A DNA stretch of 64,000 nt from the NCBI GenBank assembly GCA_004431415.1, contig QPMI01000113.1:62001-126000 (forward strand). Direction: 5' to 3'. Below are positions 1 to 12,592 of this stretch, piece after piece. Below the pieces are notes generated by a model. That model was not told the origin of the DNA. It worked only from the letters and a program-made list of their open reading frames with translations, and ran no database searches. The stretch comes from Cyanophora paradoxa CCMP329. Lineage: Eukaryota > Plantae > Glaucophyta. How positions within the stretch are numbered: position 1 is the first letter of the stretch; every line of letters begins with the position of its first letter. The translations under genes were made by a program, and so were the position numbers.

Positions 1-658
1 CCCCCCGGCCCTCTTCCCCTGCCCCAGCTCAGCGGGGCGGCAGGTGGCACGGGCGCGCGAAGGGCTTCGTGCAACTCCTGGCGACCACCACCTTCTCGTT
101 CACGCTCACTGTTTCCTTCGACCCGGCCCCCGGCGCCCGCGGCCAGCAGGAGGTGGCGCGCCCCGCCGCGCCCCGTGCCCCGGGCCTCACCCCCTTCACC
201 CTGCAGGTCTGGGTGCTGTACGCGCGGAAGAACGTTTCGGCGGGCGCGCAGGGGAGCTTCTGGCAGCGGTACGGCTCCACGGCTGCCATCCTCATCTTCT
301 TCGTCGGTGCGCGCACCCGCGCCGCCGTGCCCCCGTGCCGTGGAGCCTCACTGCTCACCCCTGCAGTCTCCAAGCTCTTCCGCATGAAGTTCAAGACACA
401 GCGGGGGGTGCCCCCGGCGGCCCAGCGGGCGCGCCTCCTCGCGCAGAAGCGGGCGCAGGAGAAGCAGGTGCGGCGGGGGGCGGACGTGCCTGCCAAGGCG
501 GGGCCCTGACGCGGGGGCGGGGCGCGCAGGGCGGCAAGGACGTGCAGAAGGCGATCTCGATGCTGACGCGCCCCAAGGAGGGCGACGAGCGGCCCGTCCC
601 CGCGCCACCCGCCGACGCCGGCGGCGGCGTCCTCGCCGAGACCAAGAAGGAGAGCTGA
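1..658 (+). CDS. 3' part of a spliced gene for an unknown protein with a C-terminal TM segment and basic tail
   Basis: Exons joined across short introns read ...SFWQRYGSTAAILIFFV|VSKLFRMKFK...|GGKDVQKAISMLTRPK...KKES*; stop at 658. Confidence 0.5.
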   Translation, partial: PPALFPCPSSAGRQVARAREGLRATPGDHHLLVHAHCFLRPGPRRPRPAGGGAPRRAPCPGPHPLHPAGLGAVRAEERFGGRAGELLAAVRLHGCHPHLLRRCAHPRRRAPVPWSLTAHPCSLQALPHEVQDTAGGAPGGPAGAPPRAEAGAGEAGAAGGGRACQGGALTRGRGAQGGKDVQKAISMLTRPKEGDERPVPAPPADAGGGVLAETKKES

Positions 659-740
659 GGCGTCCCGCCCCCGGCGCCGCCCTCCCCGCGGCGACTGCGA
701 CCTCGATTTGGAAACTTGCGCGTTTTAGTTCCTGTTGAAT

Positions 741-1864
741 CTAGCTGCCGAGCGAGAAAGAGCGGCGGGCCCGCGCTACTGGACGGGGCACCCTATCCTC
801 GCGACCGGGGAGGGGGCGGGGGCCGCCGGCGCGCCGCCGCCGCCGCCGCCGCCCTCGTCGGCGGGGGCCGAGGGCGGGGCGCCGCAGACGGCCCAGCGGA
901 AGGAGTCGAGCTCGGGGGGAGCTGCAGGCCCCGCGCCCCGCAGAGCGCGAGCGAGAGGGCCGCACCCCGCGCAGTCCTTCGCCGACGGCAGCGAGCGCGC
1001 CGCCGAGCGCGCCGACCCGAGCAGCCGCGCCGACGCCGCCGCCGCGAGCGCCGAGAAGCTGCTCTCCTGCGGCGGTGGGGCCGGGGCGGCCGCGGGGTCG
1101 AGGCCGGGGCGGGGACGGGCTCCGGGGCGGGGCGGGCGGCTCGGGGACGCTCTGGCCGGGGCGGGCCCCGACGTAGACGAGGAGGGCGCCGGCGTCCCGC
1201 GGGTCCCGTCGCCACGGCGCGTTCCTCGCCACGAGGCTTTGCTCCACCGCCGCCCGCACGGGGCCCGCCCCCGCCAGCGCCGGCGCCGGCGACGCCTCCA
1301 GCCGGCTCGTCTCGCCGACGTACACCTTGACCCAGCCGGCGAAGCCGCGGCGGGCGCGGGCGTCTAGACAGGCGCCGAGCATGTGGACCGCCTCCTTCGA
1401 GTGCAGACCCAGCAGGTCCACATGTTCCGCTTCCTCGTCCCGGTTCCGGCTCTGCGCCGTCGCCGTCGGCGGTCGCTGGCGCGGCGGCGGGGCGCGCGGA
1501 GCGGCCGCCGGGCGGGGCGAGCGGCACCTCGAAGATCTCCTGGCAGGCGCGCTCGTGTGCCTGTAGCCGCCCCCGTTCCTCCGCTGTCGCAGCGCCGCGG
1601 AGTTTGTTAGCCGTTTCTCTGTCGCCGTGCGCTGCTGCGATCTGCTCAACGCGGCGTGAGCGATGCGCACGCAATCGAAGCCCGCGGCGTCACCTTTGCC
1701 TGCGCCTGCGCGTCAGCCAGGGAAGCTGCGCATGCAGCGCTGGCGGGAAGGCGCCTGTTGTATGAAGGCATCTCGTCGTCGCGCGTGGTCTTCAATGCGG
1801 AAAGCGACTGGAGATTAGAGGCTTCGAACTTCGGCTTCTTGAAAGCTATGGACAAGCGAGCCAT
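741..1864 (-). CDS. Smr-domain protein (spliced; 3' end uncertain)
   Basis: HVDLLGLHSKEAVHML resembles the Smr 'DLHGL..EA' motif, followed by GPVRAAVEQSL...DAGALLVYV; ATG at 1864. Confidence 0.6.
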
Positions 1865-2013
1865 GCACCTTCGGCGAGCAACCTGTACTCGGCGCCGTGC
1901 AGGTGGAGATGGGCTTCGAGCGCATCCATCGAGCGACTCGCTCCGGCCGGGCCTCTCAGTCTCTTACCGAAGAGCCATCAACCAGTCAGCGGCGACTCGT
2001 ATACCCCTGCACG

Positions 2014-3030
2014 ATGAGCTTTCAGAGCTTCGTGGCCGTCCCGCTCTCGTCTGCGGCACCGGCAGCTGCCTTATCGTGCGCCGGGGTCCGGCTCCGTGCA
2101 GCTGCGCCCGTCATCTCGGCTGGCGCCGCCGGTGTCTCCCGTTCTGTTCGCTCACGCATCGGGAGAGAGTTCACAGCTGAGCGCGGTGCTGTGCTCGTTG
2201 TGTGTGAGAGCAGCAAGCAGCCGGAGGAGCCCGAAGGTGGAATTGAAAGCTAATGATATCGATGCGCCGGCCGGCCGCTGACAGTCGGGCGTGCAGCCAA
2301 GCCGAGGGTCGACTGGGACAGGGCATGGTCGAGCTTCTCTCGGAGCACGTCGCCGGACGCCGAGCCGGCCGAGCCGGCTGCGCCGGCGCCGACGGAGGAT
2401 GAGCAGACGCCGGAGGAGCGCTTGAGGGCAGCACGGTGCGAGCCGTTGAGCGCCGGAGAGAATAGAGCTGAGCTGTATTGATATCGCGCTGTCTGATAAC
2501 ACCCGCAGCGCCCGCGCCGACGAGGTCAAGAAGTCGCGGGAAAGCCGCACGTTCTCCCGCGAGGCGCCGCGCATCATGGACTACAACGAGATCGGTGGCA
2601 GGCTCTTCAGCGTGAGCGTTGTCTGCTTCTGTGTCGGGGCGCCCGTATCGCTGGGTGGGCCCGTGAGACATTACCCGGCTCGCTAGCGCTCTAGATCTAG
2701 ATCTATAAGAGGCCTCTGTTTGCCGTGCTGCCCCACCGCTAGCGGTCGTCATATTGCTCATTAAGCATTATTGTTTTGCTCTCTCATTTTCTCCGGCGCC
2801 TTTCCCTGCGCCGGGATTGCCCTCCGAGGCTCTCAGCACAAACCGACATATGCATCTCACAGGCCTGGTCGAACCCGGACGCGCTCTTGCTCGGCATGCT
2901 AGGGACGATCCTGCTGCTCATGTTCTACCTCAGCGCCGGCGCCGAGATCCGCGAGCGCTCTCGCATGGTCCAGCTCGACAGCGCCGCGGTGGAGCTCCAG
3001 CGCCAGGCGCCGGCGCCCGACAGGCGGTAG
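2014..3030 (+). CDS. Small putative plastid-targeted single-TM protein (spliced)
   Basis: Ser/Ala/Arg-rich N-terminus MSFQSFVAVPLSSAAPAAALSC...; last exon AWSNPDALLLGMLGTILLLMFYLSAG...PDRR*. Confidence 0.5.
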
Positions 3031-3198
3031 TGGCCTGCCGCTGTGCTTGCCCCGCGCCCGCCGCACTGCGGCACCTTCCGCCTGTAAATAATGTGTCTAA
3101 ACAACCGTGCCGCCGGCGGCGCCCGGCTGTGCTGTTGCCGTCGACGTCAACTTGTCGGGAGGCGCTCACGGGCTGGCCTATGGGCTCTGTTCAGGTCT

Positions 3199-5517
3199 AT
3201 GGCTGCCGCACTGCACTTGATCAGCGTAGTTGGCGTTAGAGCTGCGTCGACGTCGAGCTCGTCCGCCTTGCACGTGCAGTACTGCGTTCGCCCCCACTTG
3301 CCGGCAAGAGTACTTGTACCCCCCTCCGTCGGCTCCCCGGCCGCCCCCGAGCCTCCCGTCAGCAAGAGGCGGGCAGCTTACAAGCGCAGGCGAGTTGCAG
3401 CTAACACCCTGCGACCGCTTTGGGGAGCGTCTTCAGCGGGACGCTCGCATTTGAACGCCGCAACGATCGGCGCCGCAGAGCGGCCCGCACGCAGCGCCAC
3501 AGCATTGCCATCCACAAAGAAGCGCGCCCATGGCGTCAGCGGGCTGGGGCCCGGGCGCGTTGCTGCGAAGATTGCAATTGGGCGCGTCACGCCGACGACC
3601 AGCAAAGCGGGCCAAGCTCCTGATCGTCGGCCCTCCGAGTGGTGCGCACGGGTTGCCGAGCGATTTGCGATCGTGACGCCGCCGCGCGGGACGCAGCGGG
3701 AAAGTCGTCACTCGCGAAGCAGCTCGCGTGCGGCTGCGACTCAGCGGCGGGTGTCTCCGTGCGCGTCGGTGTGCACGTGTGGGACGCGCCTGGCGGCGTC
3801 CGCGCGACCTGCTGGGACCTGCGGGGCGAAGTCTCGGCCGTCCCCTCCCTCCCGCCGGCGCTGGCGAGCCCCGGCTGCGCCGTGCTCCTCGTCTTCGACC
3901 TGCGTGCTGACCCGGAGCCGCCCGCCGGGGCCGGCCTGCGCGCCTGGGTGCACGCCGTGCGGGCGTGGGCCCCCGGGGCGCCGCTGCTCGTCGCCGGCAC
4001 GCACTGGGGCGCCCGGGGCCCGGGACCCCGCCGACGCCTCCCTCGCCCGCGCCCTCGCCGGCGCCCCGCTCGCCCTCGTCGACTCCGTCTCCGGTACCCC
4101 CGCCCGCGTTCTGGGCCCCTCGCCGGGGGCGCCGTGACGGTTCCGCCAGGGCGGGGCGTGGCGGGGCTGGGAGAGGCGCTGGGGGCCCTCCTGGGGGCGC
4201 TCCCCTGCGCCTCGCACCCGTGCGCGGCCTCCTGGACGAGGCTCGCCGACCGCCTCCACTCCCTCCGCCTCTCCCGCCCCGGCGTGCGCCCCGCCCGCAC
4301 CCCACCCGCCCCTCCCCGCGCGCCGGCGCCGGCCGACGGGGCGGCAGGCGATGACGGGGGAGGGCTTCGCGGCGTGGGCGGCGAGGCAGCGCGGCTGCCC
4401 GCCCCTCGACGAGCTCCCCGCCGCCCTCCGCGCCCTCGCCTCCTGGGGCGCCTGCCTCCACCTCCCCGAGGCGCGTGCCCCCGCCCCTCCAGGCGCGGCG
4501 TCCCTTCGTTAACCCCCTCCCCGCAGCTCGGCCTCGTCTTCCCCCACCCCGGCGCCGCCCTCGCCGCCGCCTGCGAGCTGAAGGCGTACCCCCTCCTCCA
4601 GGGCATCGGGTGCGCCCCGGACCCGACCCCGCCTCCCGGGCCGCCGCCCACGCCCTCCTCCTTCCCCGTAGCTGGCTCCCTTCGGAAGTGCTCTCGTGTG
4701 CACCCCTCTGCGACGGCGCCCCTTCCGACTCCTTCCTCGGCCTCGTCCACGTGCGGCCCCCCCGCCCGCTCCGGCCGCGCCGCTCGAAACGCCCTCGCAG
4801 GCGTTGGGCGCCGCCCTCCCCGCCGGAGGCGGCTGGAGCGTCGTGCCCGCCCTCCTGCCCCGGGGCCCGCCGGCCGGGCACCCCCTCGTCCCCCGCCTCG
4901 AGGCTGCCCGCGCCTCCGCCCCGCCGCCCGCCGCCGCTTCCTCCCCGCCTTCCTCCCCCCGCCTTCCTCGCGCGGGTGGCGCTGGGGCGGGGCCGGGGCG
5001 GGCCCGCTGGGGGAGGGCGCGCCGTGCGTGTGGGCGACGGGGCGCTGGTGGGCGGGGCGGGCGCTGGCGCTGCTGGAGGCGCGCGAGGGCGCCCTCCAGG
5101 CCGAGCTCTGGGGCGACGCCGCCGCCGCCCTCCTCGCCGCCCTCCGCCGTCCCGCCGCCGCCGCCGCCGCCGCCTACGGCGCGGCCGCCTGCGCCGAGGT
5201 CGGCCTCTGCACCGCCTGCGACCGCCAGTGGCCCCTCGGCGACCTCGCAACGGTCCCACCCCGCCCGCCCGCCCCGCCCGCCCCGCCCGCCCCGCGCACG
5301 CCCCTCACCGGCCCCGGCGCAGGACTCCAGTTCCGAAGCACACGATGCGGCCCTCTGCCCGAGCTGCGCCCTCTGCGGGCCCTCCGAAGTGGCGGTCCTG
5401 CTGGGGCGGGCGCCCGCTGGGAAACCGCGCACACCCCCCGCCATCGTCTCCTTCCCATCCGGGGAAGGGTACGGGGTTGCCACCCCCGTCGCCGTCCGCC
5501 CCCCGGACGCCGCCTGA
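3199..5517 (+). CDS. Divergent Roc/COR (Roco)-like GTPase-fold protein, spliced or frameshifted
   Basis: AAGKSSLA (P-loop-like), CWDLRG, VLLVFDL and PLLVAGTH occur in Roc-domain order; Cys-rich C-terminus. Confidence 0.5.
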
Positions 5518-5839
5518 GCCGAGGTCCCCGCATTCTCCAGTGTTGTTGTCGTTCGCCTTGCTGCAGTGCACCTTTCAGTCCGAGCTAATGCGATTTCCAG
5601 TCGATGCAGTCCTTCTTTCAATTCGTGCTTAGGTGTGTTCGTCAGGACTATAAATTAGTGTAAGACCATTGTATCTACTTCGCAGATAGACGTTGACGAA
5701 GACGCGGAGCGATGCACGCGATTCAATGATTGCGAGGCCCCGAGGCGGCGGGGCGGGGCGGGGAGATCGGGGAGGCAGCGAGGCGGTGCGGGCACGGAGA
5801 GGACCCGGGCCAGGGGGGCGGGGAGACGAGGCGGGGGCG

Positions 5840-7066
5840 CTACAGGTGGATGCTGACGTGCTTGCGGCGCGGCTGCGGCTGCGGCTGCGGCTGCCGGTGG
5901 CCCCCGAAGATGCCCCCCGTGAGGCGGGACCAGAGGGCCGGCTCGGGGGCCGGGGGCGGGGGCGGGGGCGCCCCCTCGCCGCCCCCGCGGTAGGCGACGG
6001 GCGGGGCGAGGACGCCGGAGCCCGAGGTGGAGCCCGAGGCGGAGCCGGCGGCCGAGGCCCGCTTCGGGCCGCCGCCCCTCCGCCCCTCCGCCTCCTCCGA
6101 GCCCATCGGGGGCGACGGCCACTGCACCAGCGCCTGCGGGGCGGCTCGAGGGGGAGGAGCGGGGAGGGGGTACGGGGCGGACCTCGATGCCGGCGAGCTT
6201 CTCCTCGGGGGAGGCGAAGACCATGGCGGGGTCGGGGCGGGGCCCCGCGAGCCAGCGCGCGGCGCCCCGCGGCACGGCGCCGATCTCGTAGCAGGCCTCG
6301 TCGCCCTCTCGCTGCAGCCGGATGAGCGCGCCGACCTTCTTCCAGCGCCGCCGCGCCCGCGCCGCCGGCTCCTCCTCCCCCTCCTCCGGCGTGCTGTACC
6401 CCGTCGACGGCCGCCACCCCGCCCCCGCGCCGTACGGCATCGAGGCCCGCCGGCGGTCCCCGGGGGGGTACGGCGACTGGAAGACGGAGCCGGCGCGGCC
6501 GCGGCGGCCCGTCGAGCGCCGGCGGTGCATGTTGAGCGCGATCTGGGCGTGCTGGCTCAGAGCAGAGGGAAGTGGGGGGGGGGGGAAGCGGGAGGGGTAC
6601 GGCGCGCCTGGGAGACGACCTCGGTCATGGCCTCGGAGTACTCGAAGTGGGTCCCCTTCTCGTCCCTGACCTCCGCGGCGAGCATGTTGCGCAGCTTCTT
6701 CAGCCGCTCCCGGATCTCCGCCTGCGACTGCTGCGCCCCCGCCTTGTCCACGAACGAGACGTCCGCGAGCTGCGCCGCCGGCACCCGTCAGCGCGGGGCG
6801 GCTGCTGCAGGGCAGGGCGCGGGGCGGGCCTTGATGTCGAGGGCGAAGAGGGAGCGGAAGTCGACGCGGCGCCCCAGGTGCTTCTTCACCGCCCGCTCGA
6901 ACACCTGCCGCCCCGCCCGCCGACCCCTGAGGCCCCGCGACGCCGCCCCGCCCTGGGGCGCGCGGGGGCGGCGGGGGCGCACCCACTGGTTGTACTGGAA
7001 GGCGAGGGCTCCGAGGGTCAGCGAGACGGCCGTCCAGAGCGCACCCCTGCGCCCCCACCGCCGTGA

Positions 7067-7107
<41 letters not shown>

Positions 7108-8959
7108 TGGGGCGCACCAGTCACCGAACATCTGGGGGAACGAGTACTGCGCGCACCGCCCGGGGGCGCTCAGCAGAGGGGGCGGAGGCGGGGCGGGGCG
7201 GGGCGCGGGGCGGGCACCGGGGTGTAGGCGTCGCGGACGTAGACGTCGTTCATGCGGAGGAAGAAGGTGAGGATGGGGGCGCCGGGGACCCAGGTCTCGC
7301 CCTGCGCCGTCATCGTCGTCTCCGTGATCATCGAGAGGTTGTACACCTGGCGCCGCGCTCAGGCGGGGCGAGGGGGGCGGGGGCGGGGCTGCGGGGGCGG
7401 GGGGCGGGCCCTGTCGACGCCGTCGAGGTAGATGCGGGGGCTGATGGTGACGCGGCGCGGGGCGACGAGGAGGTCGATCGAGTGGGCGACCTCGGGGACG
7501 ACGAAGTAGCGCCGCGTGAACGCGTGCACCGTCGACTCCCGCAGCTCCGAGTCGTAGTCCTCTGCCCCCGCGCCCCAGAGTCGGGCCGAGGCGGAGGGGG
7601 AGAGGGAGGCGCGCGGAGGCCCCCGGCACCGTAGTACAGCCAGATCGTGTACTTGCTGCGGGGCCCGAGGGGTGAGCGGCGGGGCGGCGGAACGGGGTGC
7701 GGGGCCGGCGTCGGGGGGCGCACAGCTGCACGACCTGCGCGGGAATGGGAGACGTCGGCGACCGTTCACATGCGCGCGGGGCACGGGGCGGCGGGAGCAG
7801 CGGCGCACCGCCTGCCGGATGACGGTGATGTTCTTGCACTCGGGCCGCCCGCTGCACAGCGCGACCTGCACGCTGCGCCCGGGGTCTGCGGCGGCGCGGG
7901 GGCGCGAGGGCCGGGAGGGGGGTACCGGACGTAGCGGTAGGTGAGGTCCTTGAACTGGCCCTGCACCCCCGTGTTCTTGATGGCGGGGCAGAGGTAGTAG
8001 GGGCTCGCGTCCGGCCGGTCCGGCACGCTGCAGTTCGTCAGCAGCCCGAGCTGCCGGTTCACTCGCGTGCGGTTGGAGCTCACGGGCCCCAGCTGCCGGC
8101 GGCGTTGGTGGGGCGGGGCTTGGGCGGGCGGCGAGCGGGGCCCGGGGGCGGGGCGCGCCTGCGTCGTCTCGCGGAAGGAGACGGTGAAGATAGAGGGGTC
8201 GTACGCGTTGGCGTCGCGCTCCGTCTCGATCGCCAGCTGCCGGGGGTGCGGGGCGGGGGCGTCGGCGTCGGGGGCGGCGGGGGCGGGGCGGCGGGGCGGG
8301 GGCGGGGCGCACGGCGAGGTAGGAGGCGGCGTTGACGACGACCTGCTGCTCGGGCGTCGTCGCCAGCGTCGTCGTCGTCTTCGAGATGTTGCCCCGCACG
8401 AAGTCGTTCAGCGTGTACCTGCCCCGCCACCCCGGCGCTCTGTGCCCCGCCGCGGCCGAGCGCGTGGCGGACGCGCCGCGCGGCGGGGCGCACCCGATGA
8501 AGGCCAGCAGCAGGAAGGCGCACAGGACGGTCAGGAATGCTCCAACCTGCGTCCGCACTGCGGCAGGGTCGGCAACGCTGCGTGTGCGGCGCGGCGCGGC
8601 GCGCTTGGGCACCGACTGCGTATTGGTACTGCGCAAGTCAAAAGTAAGCAGGCGACGACGGAGCGCGCGTGCACAGGGCGGGCGGAAGGATAACCTGCGG
8701 CGCGAACTCAAACGCGTCCATCCCCTTGAAGCCGAGCAGCGGGCTGCGCGTGAAAGCTCAGTCTCATTGTCTCTGGCTTGCAACCGGCGCACTTCAGCTT
8801 TGATCGCTTCAGGAGGTGCTTCATCGTTCTCTGTGTCTTCGCTCCCGGCGTTTTATGCGTCTTCGCTCCCGGCTTCGCGCGGCTGGCCGGGCCTGTTGAG
8901 TTCCAAGCCCGGCCCTCCTCCTTCTTCCACGGCAGCTTCAGCTTGATGCCGAGCGGCAT
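5840..8959 (-). CDS. Two-TM membrane protein with a large Cys-containing loop and long cytoplasmic tail (many introns)
   Basis: FKGMDAFEF..., TM1 VGAFLTVLCAFLLLAFIG, a loop of roughly 200 aa with Cys and N-glycosylation sequons, TM2 QMFGDW|GALWTAVSLTLGALAFQYNQW. Confidence 0.55.
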
Positions 8960-9204
8960 CGCTGATCAAAATCGGAGTATGCGGCGGTCTCCTAAGTTCT
9001 TAGCTGCGCCGGCAGTCGCTGGAGCTCTGCGAGCAGCCGCAGCTCCGGACCATGTGGGGGCGTCGTGAAGCGCTAGCTAGCAAATGAAAGTCACGCGAAG
9101 GCGGCGGCTCCTTGCGCAAGCAGGGCTGAGGGCTCGGAGGTTTCCTGGGCAGCGCTGGGCTCCAGGTGTGGGGGTAGAGGTCACTTCGTTCGGAGCACGT
9201 TCAG

Positions 9205-11894
9205 ATGGAGACCTCGAGCAGCGCCTGGCCCGTCGGCAGGCGCGTCGTGTTTCAGGGGAGCAGGGCGACCGTTCGGTGGGCGGGCGCTCTGCCAGGCAAG
9301 GATGCCGCCGAGCTTTGGGTAGGCGTCGAGTGGGACGAGGAGGGCCGCGGCAAGCACGACGGGACCTACGCGCCGTCGGGAGACCGGCTGTTTAAGTGCG
9401 CCCCGGGCCAGGGCTCGTTCCTCAAGGCCGACAAGGTCGAGACGGGCGTGACGGTGCTGAGCGCGCTCAACGACCGCTACTGCGATGTAGACGCGGTACC
9501 GGACTCCGCTGCGGTGCGCTGCTGCGGGCGCGCGCTCGCGGGCGTGCTCCTGCTAAAAGGCGCAAATTTCGAAGGCCGGCGGGGCGGAGGGCGACCTGTA
9601 CGTGTACTCCGCCAAGTCGAAGCGGGTGCCCATCCAGCTAGTGGGCATGCAGAAGGTGGCGCAGAAGCAGAGCCGGCTCGACCAGCTCGCCAAGGCGCGC
9701 CGCCCGCCCCGCGCCGCGCGGCCCGTTTTGAATCTCGCGGGCCCCCGCAGGTCTCGCTGCGGGACGCGAACGTCGGCGACGTCGGCGGAGAGTCCGAAGT
9801 CGGCGCCGCCGCGCCCGGTGCGCCGCGACGCGGCCCCCGCGCGCGCTGGGCGCGCGCCGGGCGCTGACTGCCGGCGGCGGGAAGCGATCGAGGAGCTGGA
9901 CGTGGGGAACAACCTGCTGTGGGAGTGGGCCTCGGTGGGGCGCCTGGCGCGGCAGCTGCCGCGGCTGGCGACGCTGATGCTGACGGGGAACCGGATGCTC
10001 GCGGTGCCGGCGGGGGCGCCCGATCTCGCCGGCGCCTTCGCCGCGCTGCGCGTGCTCGTGCTCTCGGGGACGGGCCTCGCGTGGGGCGACGTGGCGCGCC
10101 TCGAGCCGCACGCGCCGCTCCTCGAGGAGCTGCACCTCTGCGGCAACGGCCTCCGCTCCCTCGCCGACGACGCCGCCTCCGACCCCGCCCCGGGCTTCCC
10201 CCGCCTCCGCCTCCTCAACGCCGAGGGCAACGCCCTCGACGACTGGGCCGAGATCTGGCGCCTCCGCCGCCTCCCCAGGTCCTCGCCCCGCCCGCGGCCT
10301 CCCCCACGGGCCGAGGCGGGGCGGGCGCAGGCTGGAGCGGCTGCTGCTGAGCGGGAACCCGCTGAAGGCCGTCTTCTACCGGGCGGAGGGGCCGGAGGGC
10401 GCGGCGCCCTTCGCGGCGCTGCGCGGCCTCTCCGCCAACGGCTGCGCCCTCGCCGACTGGTCCTCCATTGACGCCCTCGACCGCTTCCCGTGCCCCCTGC
10501 CCGCCCCTCGCCCCCGCCCCGCCCCGCCTCACCCGCTGTCCCGCAGCGCGCTGGTGGAGCTGCGGCTGCAGGGGAACCCCCTCTCGGACGCCCGCGGCGC
10601 CCTCTCCCCCGGCCTCGTCCGCCAGGCGCGGCCCGCCCCTCTGCGCCCCCGCCCGCAGGCCCCGCGCCGTGCCGCCGGCCGCCCCCCTCACCCGCGCTCC
10701 CGCAGCTGGTGATCGCACGTGTGGCGGCCCTCGAGACCCTCAACGGGGCGCCGTGCGGCCCACCCCGCCCCGCCCGCTCCCCAGGCCGACATCCCGCGCA
10801 GGTGCGGGCCAAGGAGCGCGTGGACGCCGAGAAGGCCTACATCCGCCTCTGCGCCGCCGAGGCCCGCCCCGCCCCCTCTCCCCCCACCCTCCTGCTGCCC
10901 CGCCGAGCGCCCCGCAGGCTGCGGCGGCGGGCCTGAGGGACCCCTCCGCCCTTTCCGACCCGCCCCGTCCGGTGCGCCGCCCCTCGCCGGCTGTTGCCGG
11001 GGGCGGCGCCGACGCGGCGGCAGGGGGCGCGGCGCCGCACCCGCGCCTGCGCCGCCTGATCGAGCTGCACGGGGCCCCCGACGTGCGCCCGGCTGCGCCC
11101 CGGCTGCGCTCCGCCCGCCGGCCCGCGTGACGCCGCCGGAACAGGCCTCGGCGAAGGCGGGCGGCTCTGGGGCCCCCGCCGGCCCCCTCTCCGACTCCAT
11201 CCTGAGTGCGCCCCGCCGGCGCGGGGCGGGCGGGGCGGCGGGGGGCGAGGCGGGGCGCAGGCGTGACGCTGGTGAGCCGGGCGACGGAGGCGAGGCCGGT
11301 GGCGCGGAAGCTCCCCGCCTCCATGACCGTCGCCAAGCTCAAGGTCCGCGCCCGCGCCTCTCGCCCCGCTCGCGCGGCGGGGCGCCGCTGAGGTCCCGCG
11401 CAGGTGCTCATGCAGCAGCTCTTCAAGGTCGAGGCGCGCCGCCAGCGCCTCTTCTACCGCGACTCCCCCGTGCGCCCCACGCGCTTCGCGCGCCCAGCGG
11501 CCGGGCGCGGGCCGAGCGGGGCGCAGGAGACGCCGTTCCGGGTGGAGCTGGAGGAGGAGCTGAAGGACCTCTCCTACTACGGCGCCGGCGACGGCGGCGA
11601 GATCGCCCTCGAGGAGGCCCGCCGCTTGTCGGGGGGGGGGACTCGACCGGGGCCGCCCCGGGGCTGACCGCGAGCCGCGGCGCGCAGTTCGACCCGCGGC
11701 GGGCGCAGGAGGAGGCGGAGCGGCGGCAGCGCGAGGAGCGCGCCCGCGAGGAGCGCCAGGTCCGCCCCACGCCGGCCCAGGGGCGCCCGAGGCGCCGGCG
11801 GCTGAGGCGAGGCGGCGGGGCGCAGCTGCGGGAGGTCGAGGCGCGCATGGGCGCCCAGGCGCGGGAGCACGCCCAGGGCAAGGCCCAGGCCCTT

Positions 11895-11925
<31 letters not shown>

Positions 11926-11969
11926 AGGGCGCCGCCGGTGGCCCGCCCCGGCCCGCCCTCGACGCGTGA
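9205..11969 (+). CDS. TBCE: Tubulin-specific chaperone E (CAP-Gly + LRR + ubiquitin-like)
   Basis: CAP-Gly WVGVEWDEEGRGKHDG...GSFLK; LRRs (ELDVGNNLL, ELHLCGNGL); UBL RKLPASMTVAKLK...DLSYYG. Confidence 0.9.
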
Positions 11970-12592
11970 CGCCGCCGGCTGCGTGGATGTCCTTCGCGGA
12001 ATGCAGTGTGCGGTTGTCAGCCGAACAGGCGAGCGGGGGGTGGCGCTGTAATGGAACGGGCGGCCGCCGGGCTGGCGCGATCTCGGACTAGTACTCGAGC
12101 TAGCGCTCGCGGCGCCGGCCCGTTGCGGCGGCGGGAGTTTGGGGTCTGCGCATCGATAACACGGGCGGACTAGCTAGCGCTGCGGACAACCAAGATCTAT
12201 CGATCCGAATCCCCCTGGGATCCCTATAGCTACGTATACAGGCTCGAGGAGGCGCGCGCCGGCCGAAGGGCATGCGCATGCTGCGGGCCTGCTGCGCATG
12301 CTGCGGGCCTGCGCTGCGCCGCTAGCTGCGCTCGCCGCTATACGCGCTAGCTGCGCTCGCCGCTGCGCGGCGCCGGCGTGCGCACTGGCTCCTCAGGGGG
12401 GTACCTCTTAAGTGACGCGTCAGACGTCACACAGCTAGGGGCGCACAAGTCAAGTTGACTGTCGCCACCATCTTAAGAGGGCGGCTACGCAACCGGACGA
12501 GCTCCCAGCCTGCGTTCACCCCCTGAACCACAAAGGAAGCATCAAAGGAAGCTTGCGGAACAGTAGCGGCTTGAGCAACTTGCGGCCACAAC

